Shown here: in pieces, positions 1-12,350 of the stretch
How the letters are laid out: each line of letters starts with the position of its first letter
Numbering within the stretch: position 1 is the stretch's first letter
Assembly: GCF_006345805.1 (NCBI RefSeq)
Contig: NC_042998.1
Location: forward strand, 185,504,001 to 185,568,000
DNA: 64,000 bases
Direction of reading: 5' to 3'
Source of the DNA: Octopus sinensis
Lineage: Eukaryota
Position numbers and translations under genes: made by a program
Notes under the pieces: generated by a model
What the model saw: only the letters and a program-made list of their open reading frames with translations
What the model was told of the DNA's origin: nothing
Databases searched by the model: none

Positions 1-199
1 GAATTCCTCATGAGAATTGCGTGAGGTCAGCCATGCCTCAATCTCATGTGTGCTGGTACATCCGTAGCGCTGCTTCTAAGTTATGTAATATACGTGCAGT
101 TTCCTTTTTTCCCCCTTCTCTTTTTGTTTTCTTTTTTTTGTTATAAACTACCGATGAGCATATTATCAAAAATGAACCTACATGCATCCAGATGTATCT

Positions 200-880
200 A
201 AATAATGTATTGATTACCAGCCTCCAGCCTGTTGTTAATTTGGGGCCCTAGTCTGTGTATGATTATAGCTTCCTTAATTCTTAAATTACCCAAATTTCTT
301 TCCTTGGCCTCACTTGTGACTGTTATGCTTTTGTTGGTGTCCCAACTTTGTCCTGTCCACATATATATTCTTCTTTTGCATCCTCATCCCCACATATAAT
401 GCTGTTACTGTATTCTGCTTCATTATGTTTCTGGTGGTTTCTGATGGAGAGGCTTTGGTTTTGTGCCACATGGAAAAATCCTTCAGTCTCTGCTCTGAGT
501 CCTATGCTTCTCAGTCAGTGTTGTGATCTTTCTTTATCTATTTCCTTTCTGTTCGGTTTATTCCAGCATTTGCCATGAAGAGGCTTTACTTGCTACCATT
601 TTATCATTGCAATTTGTCATCACACAGTTTCAGTTTAGATGTTAGTAGCTTTCCAATTTTTGTTGTTACTCCTGTATTTTTGTTGTTACTCCTGTTCTTT
701 CATATCTTTGCTTTGTATTTTTCCGCTTCCTTTAAGACAGAAACATTTCCCTTTTGTTTTGTTCATGTTTTGTAGCCATTTGTATCAGATTTTTCTTGAT
801 TCTGAATTAGATATTTTTATATTTGGCATTCCTTCAATTATGATGATCAGTGTTCAAATTTATTCATTAAACAAAACCGG
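200..880 (-). mobile_element. Decayed Dong/R4-clade non-LTR retrotransposon, C-terminal region
   Basis: Minus-strand translation gives SKPLHGKCWNK..EIDKERSQH*LRSIGLRAETEGFF..AQNQSL..RNH, the R4/Dong segment upstream of the zinc knuckle; contains stops and frameshifts. Confidence 0.6.
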
Positions 881-894
881 TTTGTGAAATTAAT

Positions 895-1135
895 TTTCAT
901 GTGGCTGAGCATTCCGCAGACATACATAAACTTAATGTAGTTCTCAAGGAGATTCAGCGTGACACAGAATGTGACAAGGCTGGCCTTAGTACACAGGTAC
1001 TACTCATTTTTGCCAGCTGAGTGAACTGGAGCAACATGAAATAAAGTGTCTTGCTTAAGGACACAACACGCCACAAGGTATCAAACTCATGGCCTTACAA
1101 TTGTGAGCCAAATACTATAATCACTAAACCACATG
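895..1135 (-). mobile_element. tRNA-derived SINE with V/Deu-like central domain
   Basis: Core gagtgaactggagcaacatgaaataaagtgtcttgct is shared with the copy at 7690-8052. Confidence 0.6.
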
Positions 1136-1274
1136 TCTTCACATAGATATTTTTCTATAGTAGTTTTGTATTTGTGTAAGGCTCTACTGCTATGAATTTG
1201 AGGTATATATAATCTTTCTTTCTATGTCAGATTTTGGATGGTGTAGTCTAAATATTTTCCTTGTTTTCCTGTCA

Positions 1275-1605
1275 AAGCTTGCTAGTTTATTTAGTGACTA
1301 GTTAAAATTATAACTATAACATATATCTGGTACAACTAGAGTATTGATACTAACTTCCGTTATTTTTGCATTTGTGATTTTTTTTTTTGTGTGTTGGGTG
1401 CTTTTATTGTGTGTCACCAGGTTAACTACAAACACTGAACTGTCTAGGCTTGCTGGTTTATTTAGCATCTAGTTAAAATTATAACTGTGACATATATCTG
1501 GGACAGCTAGAGTATTGATACGTATTGCATTTTTGCATTAGTACTTTTTTTTTTTCTTTGTTACTGGGTGCTTTTTGTGTGTCATCTGTATAACTATGAA
1601 CATGA
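1275..1605. repeat. Diverged tandem dimer, about 170-bp unit
   Basis: gcttgct(a/g)gtttatttag..ctagttaaaattataact..acatatatctgg..ctagagtattgatac occurs twice in direct orientation. Confidence 0.8.
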
Positions 1606-1970
1606 AAGAAATGACTTTATGTTAGATATGGGTTTAAAGTATAAGAAGAAGCCAGACCAGAATAGACTCTTTGCAGCAGAGAAGCTACATAGCTACTCAC
1701 ATCTTAGAAGAGAGGGTGTGGAGTGATTGAGTGGAGTTGGGCAAAGGTGAAAGCAATGGGGGCTGGGTGTACTGTCAAGGTAAGAGGTGAGTAAAAGTGA
1801 GTGGGATCAGAGAAACTGGGACTGTGGGTGGTAGATATTGCAAGAATATATGGGAGAAAGAGAGATGGGGAATAGGTGAGGAAATAGGGCAAAAAATAAA
1901 GAATGAAGAGCTGGTTTTGACAGGTGAATGTAGTGAATGGTGGGCAGGAGGGGAGGAGTCCAATAATGTG

Positions 1971-2567
1971 TGTTAGTAAAAACAAGCAAAATAGTGATAT
2001 TGATAAAGTAGACAAGGCAAGGATCAGAGTGACAGAGAGAGATGGCATGTTGTTGAGTAGGTGGTTAGAGTGTGGAGGAATAGTGCATGAGGGAGGTGAG
2101 AGATGTATGATGTGAAGAAAGAGAGATAATTTGGTGGCTTAGTGGGGTGATCAATGTAAAATGTTGGTGGAGAGGACACTAGGACACTAGCCGGATGAAA
2201 GAAGTGAAGTGATTCTGAAGATTGAGAAAGATTAGCGGTAGCAAGGTAAAGCTACAGTTAGAGAGATGATGAGTGGTGGAGGTGTCGAGATCTCTCTCTC
2301 TCTTTCCCTGTTAAAAATATCAGTCTTCAGAATCACTTCACTTCTTTTATCCATCTACTGTCCTCTCCACCAACATTTTACATTGATCACCCCACTAAGC
2401 CACCAAATTATCTCTCTTTCTTCACATCATACATCTCTCACCTCCCTCATGCACTATGCCTCCACACTCTAACCACCTACCCTACAACATGCCATTTCTC
2501 TCTGTCCCTCTGATCCTTGCCTTGTCTACTTTATCAATATCACTATTTTGCTGCTTTTCACTAACAT
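1971..2567. repeat. Fold-back inverted repeat, arms about 245 bp
   Basis: 1971-2221 is the reverse complement of 2324-2567 with scattered mismatches; spacer about 100 bp. Confidence 0.85.
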
Positions 2568-2790
2568 AGTGGATAAGAATACTAAACCTTGTCTTCAAAA
2601 AACAGTTCTGAATTTAGAGATAAAGAACAACTCAAATGCAAAACATTCTTCAATAAATAAAATTTCTAGATTATGAAACAGAAGATTATTCAATATTTTG
2701 TTCTTTATGCTTTTTAAACTACTATTATATCTTCCTACATTGGTCCGGATGTGTAGTATGGAAGATGAAAAAAAAGAAGGCAATGAGAAA

Positions 2791-2870
<80 letters not shown>

Positions 2871-3400
2871 GATCTCAAAGAATTTGTAGTTGAATTGGCT
2901 GCTTATAGTTCTGGTTGGAATCAGTGAATTATAACATAATTTAAAATGAATACACAAAGGTGAAGTTTTGCTATGTTATGCTTTATATTGAAATGATACC
3001 TCTGCTATTTTGATTGGAAATAAAAATTTATAAACAAACCAATATCAAGTTTAAATAAAAATCCTACTTACTACACATTGCGAAAATACTTGCTTTTATT
3101 TTTCAATAGCATTTTTATTGTTGATTGACAGATATATAACAACTGATGATGATTTTAAAGATAACATTTTTACATGAGTGACTAATGAGATGGTGAAATA
3201 TGCAAGTAACAGTCACAAAGATAGACAGATACATTAAAAAAAAGATAAACAGCAAGAGAGAGAGAGAGAGAGAGAGATTCAGACAGACAGAGGTGTGTAA
3301 GTGTGTGTTAGCTATGCAGCCCAGACTATAAATTTGGTTTACACCAGCACACCAAATATTGCAGAAAATGCAGCAGGAGGTTAACTGCATGAAATTGTGG

Positions 3401-3748
3401 ATGGAAGCACTCCGTCGGTTGCGACGACGAGGGTTCCGGTTGATCCGATCAACGGAACAGCCTGCTCGTGAAATTAATGTGTAAGTGGCTGAGCACTCCA
3501 CAGACACGTGTACCCTTAACGTAGTTCTCGGGGATATTCAGCGCGACACAGAGAGTACAACAGAAACAGGAAGTAAGAGTGAGAGAAAGTTGTGGTGAAA
3601 GAGTACAGCAGGAATCACCACCATCCCCTGCCGGAGCCTCGTAGAGCTTTAGGTGTTTTCGCTCAATAAACACTCACAACGCCTGGTCTGGGAATCGAAA
3701 CCGTGATCCTACGACCGCGAGTCCGCTGCCCTAACCACTGGGCCATTG
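3401..3748 (-). mobile_element. tRNA-derived SINE, family A
   Basis: Minus-strand head has an A box (tggcccagtgg) and B box (gtttcgattcc); near-identical to 19474-19854 and 37284-37656. Confidence 0.9.
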
Positions 3749-4356
3749 TAATGTGCTTCAAATGAGACTGAAATTCTGAACTGCCCTAGTAGTGAATGTG
3801 CACTGAACCATCGAAGTAATCTTAACACATCACCTAGATTAAATAACCAGCATTATAGTCCTTCAGATTATAAAGAAGTTTAAGATTCTTTTCTACTCTA
3901 GGCACAAGGCCTGAAATTTTTGGGGAGGGAGCTAGTTGATTAAATCAACCCCACTACGCAAATGGTACTTAATTTATCGACCCCGAAAGGATGAAAGGCA
4001 AAATCGACCTCGGCAGAATTCGAACTCGACTGCTCATGAGAATTCCAAGATTTAGAGAAGAAATTCCAAAGAAGCAAAACCTAAAATTAAGAGGCGGCCT
4101 CAAAATAGAAAAAAAAAAAAAAAAAAAAAAAAAGACTAAAGCATTTGCTCCATTCCCCTCGTGCTCTCACCATTCTCCTCTACTTTGTTCCAAACATCTT
4201 TCTTAAATCATCTTCCTACCTGACTGGAAGTCTTCTAAATCGTCACTTCCATTTGCATGGGTACCACTCAACAACTGCATAGGTCCACCGATTGTCTGTG
4301 AACCTTGTGACATGACCAATCCATCATAGGTTCGCATGATGGTATTCTGTGAGAAG

Positions 4357-4835
4357 GCGGCGAGCTGGCAGAATCATTAGAACGCCAGGCGAAATGCTCA
4401 GCGGTATTTCGTCTGCCGCTACATTCAGAGTTCAAATTCCGCCGAGGTCGACTTTGCCTGTCATCCTTTCGGGGTCGATAAATTAAGTACCAGTTACACA
4501 CTGGGGTCGATGTAATCGACTTAATACCTATGTCTGTCCTTGTTTGTCCCCTCTGTGTTTAGCCCCTTGTGGGTAATAAAGAAATAGGTATTCTGTGAGA
4601 AGGCGGTGAGCTGGCAGAATCGTTAGAACGCCGGGCGAAATGTTCAGCCGTATTTCGTCTGCCACTACATTCAGAGTTCAAATTCCGCCGAGGTCGACTT
4701 TGCCTTTCATCCTTTCGGGGTCAATTAAATAAGTACCAGTTACGCACTGGGGTCGATATAAACAACTTAATCCGTTTCTCTGGCCTTGTTTGTACTCTCT
4801 GTGTTTAGCACCTTGTGGGTAGTAAAGAAATAGGT
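4357..4835 (+). mobile_element. Tandem dimer of a tRNA-derived SINE with Meta-like domain, family B
   Basis: Two ggcggcgagctggcagaatc..gactttgcctttcatcctttcggggtcgat..agtaccag units, each preceded by tattctgtga; a partial minus copy lies at 3895-4028. Confidence 0.8.
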
Positions 4836-5769
4836 GTATTCTGTGATGATATCCTTCATTCCAGTTCTATCCCTCATCTCCTCATTCCAGATGTGATCTC
4901 TTAGTGAGATTCCCAACACTGACCTATCCATGGCTCTCTGCACCTTAAGCAGCTGTTATTCTCTCCTCATCAAGGCCCACGTCTCACATGCATATAACAT
5001 TGCATGACCATCACAAGACACCCTTCTCCACCAGAACATTTACTGGTGAGGATAACAGGGCTACATTTGTTGTGCACCCGGTATTTGCCACCTGAAGGAG
5101 GGTGACATACTGCATTATCACACCTTATTTCCTGAGAGCTTGTAGTACTATGTTGATTTCGATGCTGTCGAAGGCTTTCCAGAAGCTATCAAGGAAGGAC
5201 AAATTATATGATGCTTATATTACAAACTGCGATGCAACCTGGTAGCAAGATATAGGTCTTGAATGAAGAGGATTTATGAAGTCTAGAAAGAAATAAGCGA
5301 GCATGTTCAGCAGGACATGTAATGTTATATACAGAAATGAGCTATGGGAAATTAAAAATTGAATATAAACAGGAGTGGATGTAGAGGGGAAGAGATAAGA
5401 CAGCAATGATATGGGCACACGTATGAAAGATGACATCTATATAAAGACTTGCAGGGCAGTCAAAGTGGATGGATCTTGTGATTAGTGACACACAATGTTG
5501 AAGATCACTTCCCACAAAGCATTGGTAACACACAGTATTATAAAAGACCCACCTACCTGTACCAGTATAACATAGCACACAGAAAAGGGTGGTGGTTATA
5601 CGTGTTGGAAAGTATATATCTACATTTGGAACTATTGCCAAATATATGCTCTTTTAGTAGTGATTCAAAACCTAATCGCTTGATAATCGGTCAGATACCA
5701 TGAGCAAACCACCATAATTTCACATGATCAAAGAAACAGCCTTAGTACACTACAAGGCATAATCAAAGA

Positions 5770-6200
5770 AACAGCCTCAGTATGCTACAAAGTAGGACTC
5801 ATCTTCCAAAATGATGGCTTCTTCACAGGAAACCCAATGGGGATAAATGAAATACTGAACGAACAGTTCAAAGGTGTTTTTTTAATACCCCTTTGGGACA
5901 CAGGCAAGTGAACAAATCAGTGGAGTCCTTTGCCACTTCACCTGTAACCAAGGTGATAATAATTGATTACATCAACATTAAAGAGCAAGATGTAATATTG
6001 GCTACAGATGAGGTAGACACAAATTCAGCTGCTGGCCCTGATAGATTCTCAGCAATCTTCAAATCATGAACATGAGCCCTGCAAAACAACTGCAGCTTCT
6101 TTTTCAGAACTTCCTTGCAAGTAGTAAGCCCCTATGCAAATTGAAGTGGGGAATAATATGCCTTATCCACAAAGGAGGAAGCAGAGTAGATCCTAAAAAT
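5770..6200 (+). mobile_element. Decayed CR1/Jockey-like RT fragment
   Basis: AAGPDRFSAI..LIHKGGSRVDPKNYR matches the non-LTR RT domain 0/1 motifs. Confidence 0.6.
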
Positions 6201-6489
6201 TATAGGCAACTCTTGCATTCATCCTTGAAACAAAGAGGTAATCCTCATGCTTTTGTACCAGTGGCCATTTCCCCATGCAAGAATTCTTTGGGAATCCTCC
6301 AGTCCAGCATATGATGTGTGTGACAGAGTCAATACAGACAGCACTGTTGGAGCAGAGCGAATATGCTGGGTATCTTGGTATGGTTGAGGACTTCAGTGTT
6401 GGTAATTCAGTCAGTTCACTTGATATCCAAGATGCAACTCAGGTTATGAAGGTGGAAGACAAGATGCTACTCCTGTCTAGAATAGAGGC

Positions 6490-7660
6490 TTCATGTCTCA
6501 CTGCTGTAAAGTAGTGTACTGAAGTCACATGCCTTATAGACAACAATCTTGGGGTTCTTTATGGTCAGTTTTCTGTTCTCCCAGAGTCTCTTCATCAGCC
6601 TGGCACATGAGGATGCACATCCAATGCACCTGCTGATCTCAAGGTCCAGCTTGTAATTGTTGATGGTTTTGGGGTGGGGTGCTTGACTCTGTACGTAGCC
6701 CTGTACATTGGTTTTCTTCAGACAAATAATCAGGCTGAATTCCTGGCAGGCCCTTGGGAGTTTGTCCACAAGGTGCTGCATTTGCTTCACTTAGTGTGCT
6801 GTCAAGGCTGCGTTGTCCACAAACAGCGTTTCTCTAATGAGTGCCTGACAAACCCTGGATTTCACTTTCAGCCTTAACAGTTTCCCAGCTGACCTGGTGT
6901 GGAGGTAGACACCATCGGTTCATGCTTCAAATGCATGTTTCAGCATGACTGTATATAAGATGCCAAGCAAGGTGGGAGCAAGCACACAGCCCTGCTTCAC
7001 ACCCCAACATAAGTTGAACACTTCCAAAGAAGAGTCATCAAATTAAACACCTTTCATATCCACCAGAAACAGGACAACTCTGAGAAGTCTGGGAGGACAG
7101 CAGGTCTTGGCGAGGATTTTGAACTAGCTCAGAATCTTTTGTGAGGTCAATAAAGGTGATGTAGAGTGGTTGTCTTTGCTTTCAGCACTTCTGTAGCTGT
7201 CTAAAAAAGATCAGGTCAATGGTGGAGCATTCTAACCTGAAACCACACTCAGATTCTGTTCAGGATTGCACAAACAAAGACTTTCCCTGACAACACTTAA
7301 CAGCGAGATGCCTCAGTAGCTTTTGCAGTCACTTCTGTCCCTTTTGTTCTTATAAAGAGTGACAATGTTGCAGTCTCTCTTGTCTTGCAGGGCTGTTTCC
7401 TCCTCCCAGCACTTACACAGTAGTTTCAGCAAGTGGCTGAGTAGATCTCCTCTTGTATACCTGATGATCTCTAGTGCTTTCCCAGTGGGCAACCCATCAA
7501 TGACTTTGCTCAGTTCTTCAGCAGTCAGCAATGTGTCCAGCTCTTCCATGACAGGTAGATGATCCATGGTGTCTAGCACACTGTCCAAGATGTTCTCCTT
7601 GGCATAGAGTTTGGAATAACATTCCACCCATCTCCCCAGCTGCTCTCTGATGACATTGTA
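6490..7660 (-). mobile_element. Decayed RTE (BovB-like) LINE RT
   Basis: EELSKVIDGLPTGKA..NIVTLYKNKRDRSDC and STLLYSSET motifs in broken frames. Confidence 0.75.
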
Positions 7661-7689
7661 AAACTACCAAATGACCTGCATGTAATATA

Positions 7690-8052
7690 CAAATGGGCTG
7701 ATGTAAATAACATACATTTCAATGCTAAGTCTCATGAATGACCATGGGATTGCACTTAGAAAGTTCCCCTCCTAGACACAAGTCTGGGCAAGGTTGTTTG
7801 AGGAAGACCAGAAGTTGCCCATGCATAGCAGCCTCCCCTCTATATGCCATTGATGTTATCCAAGGGAAAGGCAAAGGCTGATATAGCTTGGCACTAGCAA
7901 CATCACAAGTCATTTCTACACATGAGTGAACTGGAGCAACATGAAATAAAGTGTCTTGCTCAAGAACACGACACACAATCTGGTCCAGGAATCAAACTCA
8001 AAACCCCATAATCATAAGCTCAACACTTTAACCAGTGAGCCAAGTGCCTTCA
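7690..8052 (-). mobile_element. tRNA-derived SINE with V/Deu-like domain
   Basis: Same core as 895-1135. Confidence 0.6.
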
Positions 8053-8139
8053 CAAGATAAATAATATGTATTTTATTAATTAATGTATAACTCTTCCTTG
8101 CCTTCAAGTGGCGCAGAAAATAATCCTTTCATTTCATCC

Positions 8140-9735
8140 TATCTTCTGAATTTTTTCAAAGATTGATTTAGTGCATGCATCAACTGAACTGGTGGACATC
8201 CCTAACACTGCTTTAACTACTCCTTTTGGTTTGTTTGAAGTTATTTGAATGCCTTTTGGTCTATGTAACACTACTAATACTTTTTAGAGATTTACTGATG
8301 AAGTCACACATGGTCAAGATTTTGTTTTCACATCTATCGATGACTTATTAATAGCCAGTTCCACAGAAGAGGAGCATGTACTTCAATTTTAACAACTTTT
8401 TACTTACCTGTTGCAATATGGTGCGATAATTAAAGCAAATAAATGTGGTTTTGGTGTTTCTTCCATCATTATTAAGGGACATGTAATTGATAAAGATTGA
8501 ATACATTCAGTCAGGATAAGATTGATGCTATTCATGATATTCCAGTTCCTTCTTCTCAAATGAAGTTATGAAAATTTCTTAGTTTGATTAACTTCTATTG
8601 AAGATTTATTCTACATTGTACTGAGACAATTTTTCTTCTCACAGAACTTTTACATGACAGAAAAATGAAAAATAAACCTATATAATTAAATTCTACTCAG
8701 TTACAAGCCTTTGAGAATATTAAGGACAAGTTATCAAGAATTATACTTTTGGCACACCCTGATTCAGATGCACCCACATCATTAATGATTGACGCATCTG
8801 ATGTAGGAATTGGCAGAGTTTTACAACAGTTTGTTCTAAATGCTTGACAACCACTTTCCTTCTTTTCCAAATGCCTCAAATCAGCAGAGTCAAGGTACAG
8901 CATCTTCAGTAGAAAACTTTTGGCTGCTTATTTAACTGTAAAACATGTTTGTTTTTTTTTCTTGAGTTCATAGTTTTCACCAATCATGAAACATTGACTT
9001 TTGTTCTACAATCGAAAACTGATAAATATTCACCCATAGACCTATGACATTTGGATTTCATTTCACAATACATTGTTGATATTTATTACATCAAGGGCAG
9101 AGATAATTCTGCAGCTGATACCTTATCTTGTATGCACATTAGCGTGACTGCAGCAAATTGTGTTGGATCAACAACATGACAAATTTTTGCCTCTTCAATT
9201 GTTGGACTCACCTTCATTAGACTTCCATCTACTACCACTACATTTTACAGATTCTTGTTTGGTGTGACGTTTCTATCAGGTTTTTCCAAGCTATATGTTC
9301 CTAAGATTCATAGGTGAATGCTTTTTTTTTTTTTGGTTCTTCATAATTTACCTCATCCCAGTATTTCAGCAACAGTGAAATTAATTTCAAGTCACTTTGT
9401 GTGTCCCTGTATGCAAAAAGACATTTGTAATTGGGCATTTACTTGAATATTGTGCCAGAAAACTAAAATTCAACGCCACATCAAGAAACCTTTGGGCACT
9501 TTTGTTACTCCAGACGAGTGCTTTAAACATATCCAATTAGATACTGTGCACCCCTTGCCACTAGTTCAAGGTAATATGTATTTGTTGAGCTGTATAGATC
9601 ATTTTTCTAGATGGCCTGAAGTCCATACCCAACAAAGACATTTCATCTCTCTCAATTGCAAATGGTGGATTTCTGTTTTGGAGCTCCTCTCACCATAATT
9701 GCTGATAGAGGTTGACAATTTGAATCAAATCTGCT
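8140..9735 (+). mobile_element. Decayed Ty3/Gypsy pol (RT, RNase H, integrase)
   Basis: FSKIDL..TPFGLFE..MPFGL, IDDLLIAS, MIDASDVGIG, SRYSIFSRKLLA and CQKTK..IDHFSRWPE appear in Gypsy order; many stops. Confidence 0.9.
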
Positions 9736-9806
9736 GAACTTTAAAATAATGTGGGGGGGGGGGTTAGGTGGGGTACAAAAGGAAGTCTTGCCACTGACCT
9801 TGGCGA

Positions 9807-10520
9807 CAGGGCTGGATTAAGATCCATTGAGGCCCTAAGCATTTATAAGATTTTGGTACCCCCATAAAAGATTATGTAATTCAAAATATAAACAATAACA
9901 AACCATAAAATAAATTTTTATTTGGTGGACATAAAGTATATGGACTTTTGTTTTTGGTTGTTTGTTTGTTTTTTTTTTATAGAAAACCCCATTTACGAGT
10001 ACGGAGATTCTGATTCTGCAAAAAAAAAAAAACAAAAAAAACGGCTTTTCAAAATTTTAATTTCCCCACCAAATTCTTCTATTTTCACTTTTTTCAGAAT
10101 TTTTTTATTTTTTTATGTAATATGTAGAAAAATACGTGGGGGAATTAAAATTTTAAAATCAGAATCCCCGTACTCGAAAATGGGGGACCCTGTGAAAAAA
10201 ACAAAACAAGTAGGGCGGTACGGTCCACATTGTTTACGCCCGCCTTTTATTCTTCAAAACAAAACAATAAGAGGGGAAATGACGTTTGTTTTTGTATACT
10301 TTCACTTAATATTTGAAAAGCTTCCTCTTTTTTTGAATAGCAAAATCTTTGATCAGATCCTCAAAATTAATCTTAGGTAACACATCTGCATCTATACTTG
10401 GTGAGGATAAAGGCATCCTGAATATTATTTTAGCAAGTTTAAAGTGATTTCTTTTGTGCCGTAAACTATTTACAATTTCAGTAGTGCCCCGTCCTTCCCT
10501 CGATGCTCTAAGCACATGCT
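9807..10520 (-). mobile_element. hAT transposon 3' end with a nested MITE (about 9985-10190)
   Basis: Terminus cagggctggattaag at 9807; SIDADVLPKINFEDLIKDFAIQKKRKLF resembles the hAT dimerisation C-terminus; nested inverted termini ccccatttacgagtacgg / ccgtactcgaaaatgggg. Confidence 0.7.
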
Positions 10521-10714
10521 TATTTTGCTTAATGGTTAATCCAGCGCCGCTTGGCGGGATTTGAACTCAGACAAAATCAGATCAAACTAATTACGCTATC
10601 CTCAATGAGCTGATAGATATACAAAGCACTATTCTGACATTTTACAATTAACAGCCAAATTTCCTTCAAATTAACCCATCACCCGAAAAACGGACACATT
10701 CGATAATGTATATC

Positions 10715-11165
10715 ATTTATATTATTTGTCTTCATTTTGTTTGTTATTAACACAACATTTCGGCTGATATACCCTCCAGCCTTCGTCAGGTGTCTTGGGG
10801 AAATTTGGAACCTGGGTTCTCATTCCTAAGGTATTTTTCGATGTTATTATTATTCAAGTCACTGCCTGGAATCTTGGGGTTAGTAGCCTTAACCACTACG
10901 CCATAAGTCCATGGGCAATTATGGAGTGAATTTTAGGGCTTATAAATCTTTAAAATTTACGCTAAAATTGCGCATGGGCATATGGCGTAGAGGTTAAGAG
11001 CGTGGGCTACTAACCCTAAGTTCCAAGTTCGATTCCAGGCGATGGATAACAATAATCGAAAAGTACCTGAGATACCGGATGAAGGCTTGGAGGGCATATT
11101 AGCCGGAACAAATATCTGTCAAATGTAAATAATATACGTAATTCCTCATCTCTTAAATATAGAAC
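10715..11165. mobile_element. Head-to-head pair of tRNA-like + hammerhead non-autonomous elements
   Basis: Plus copy: A box 10983-10993, B box 11027-11036, degenerate HHR about 11071-11110. Minus copy: HHR 10749-10794. Third copy at 47900-48177. Confidence 0.75.
10749..10794 (-). ncRNA. Type I hammerhead ribozyme motif
   Basis: GACAC-CUGACGA-A-GGCUG(10-nt loop)CAGCC-GAAA-UGUU-GUGUU; stems I and II pair by inspection. Confidence 0.7.
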
Positions 11166-11392
11166 TGTCTTCGTACATATCATTTAATTAAAAACGGCGG
11201 GATTATCACAAGATAATATAAACAATAGTTTTGCTCAATAAGAACATAAACAACAATAACCCATTCATATAACATCCATTCATTATATGTGTGTGTGTGC
11301 GCGCGCGCGTGTGTGAATATATATATATGTGTGTGTGTGTATATATGTATGACGAAATGTACGCACCTCAGTGAAATGTTTAAAACAAAGTC

Positions 11393-11800
11393 GATCTTTC
11401 GTCTCTAGTAGACCTTTCCGTCGATTTCCGTAAAAAATTTTTTTTTTTTACATATGGGCTTGCGGGAACTTTTGAAGTAATATACATACATATACACATA
11501 CACCGAGTAAAAAATTTCAATTATCTGTCTCTTCACACACACTAACAGAAGCACTTCACTTACACAACATACTGTCTGTCTCCCACACCCCATCAAACAC
11601 ACACACACACACACACATGTACATCAATGCTTCACATGCACGGTAACTTCAAAAGAACTTCCCTCGTCATACAATCGCTTTCTCTTAGTCTCTTTCGCTC
11701 TCATTACTTCAAAAGTTCCCGCAAGCCCATATGTAAAAATAAAAAATAAAAAATAAATTTTTACGGAAATCGACGGAAAGGTCTACTAGAGACGAAAGAT
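11393..11800. repeat. Inverted repeat (about 90-bp arms) in the hexosaminidase intron
   Basis: atctttcgtctctagtagacctttccgtcgatttccgtaaaaa..acatatgggcttgcgggaacttttgaagt (11393-11479) is the reverse complement of 11706-11800. Confidence 0.9.
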
Positions 11801-11836
11801 TGCCAAAACAAAAAGTAAATAGGTAAAATGACTTAC

Positions 11837-12197
11837 AAGACTCGTCTGATTGAAGTGAAGGGTACATCCCACCGTTGCATGATTGACGAACGTTCACATT
11901 CAAGTTAGAGAGAACATCAAACTGACTAGTTTCATATTGGAAAGTTTTTTTCAAACGGGGTTCTAAATTGATAAAAGTTCTCTTCCACCATCTCTTGAAG
12001 CTGGAATCTAAAACATCGCAAGATTCGGATGTTGCAGTGAACGTGAAGCTGTACGGATGAATTTGCAGTGGAGTCGAGGAGCTGTTTATTTTTCGTGGTA
12101 AAGGCCAAACACGAATATTGCTGTTAAGTGCAATACAGAAAGTCGACAGTAGTAAAAAGAAGAACGGACGAGAAAGAGAGACGTAACCGCTCGCCAT
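11837..12197 (-). CDS. HEXA/HEXB: Beta-hexosaminidase (GH20, alpha/beta-subunit-like), first coding exon: signal peptide and N-terminal domain
   Basis: MASGYVSLSRPFFFLLLSTFCIALNSNIRVWPLP..SCDVLDSSFKR..MYPSLQSDES(Y): hydrophobic leader, WPLP and YPSL.SDESY motifs. Ends at a GTAAGT phase-1 donor (11836), matching the intron position in vertebrate HEXA/HEXB; ATG context acaATGG. Confidence 0.92.
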
Positions 12198-12205
12198 TGT
12201 CGACA

Positions 12206-12240
12206 CTGAGAAAAAAATAAAGGAAGGAAAAAGGAAGACA
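12206..12240 (-). promoter_or_regulatory. Candidate splice acceptor 8 nt upstream of the hexosaminidase ATG
   Basis: Minus strand reads tgtcttcctttttccttcctttattttttctcag|tgtcgacaATG. Confidence 0.5.
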
Positions 12241-12350
12241 AAATCACTGATTTTAGTCAACAACCTCTTGCCGCTCACTCTGTCGTCAAACCGGCAGTGT
12301 TACTACGACTGATGATTGATCGACGACTGACTGCATATAATATATATATA

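Noticed and set aside
1-11836. Downstream hexosaminidase exons (for example the VWGALRGLETFSQL motif)
   Set aside because: Not found by eye; the region is mostly repeats, so later exons probably lie outside the window. A tBLASTn search would settle it.
12198-12278. Upstream GTG start extending the hexosaminidase ORF, and the ORF tail 11709-11836
   Set aside because: The extension runs through a pyrimidine tract, and the tail is intron past a canonical donor.
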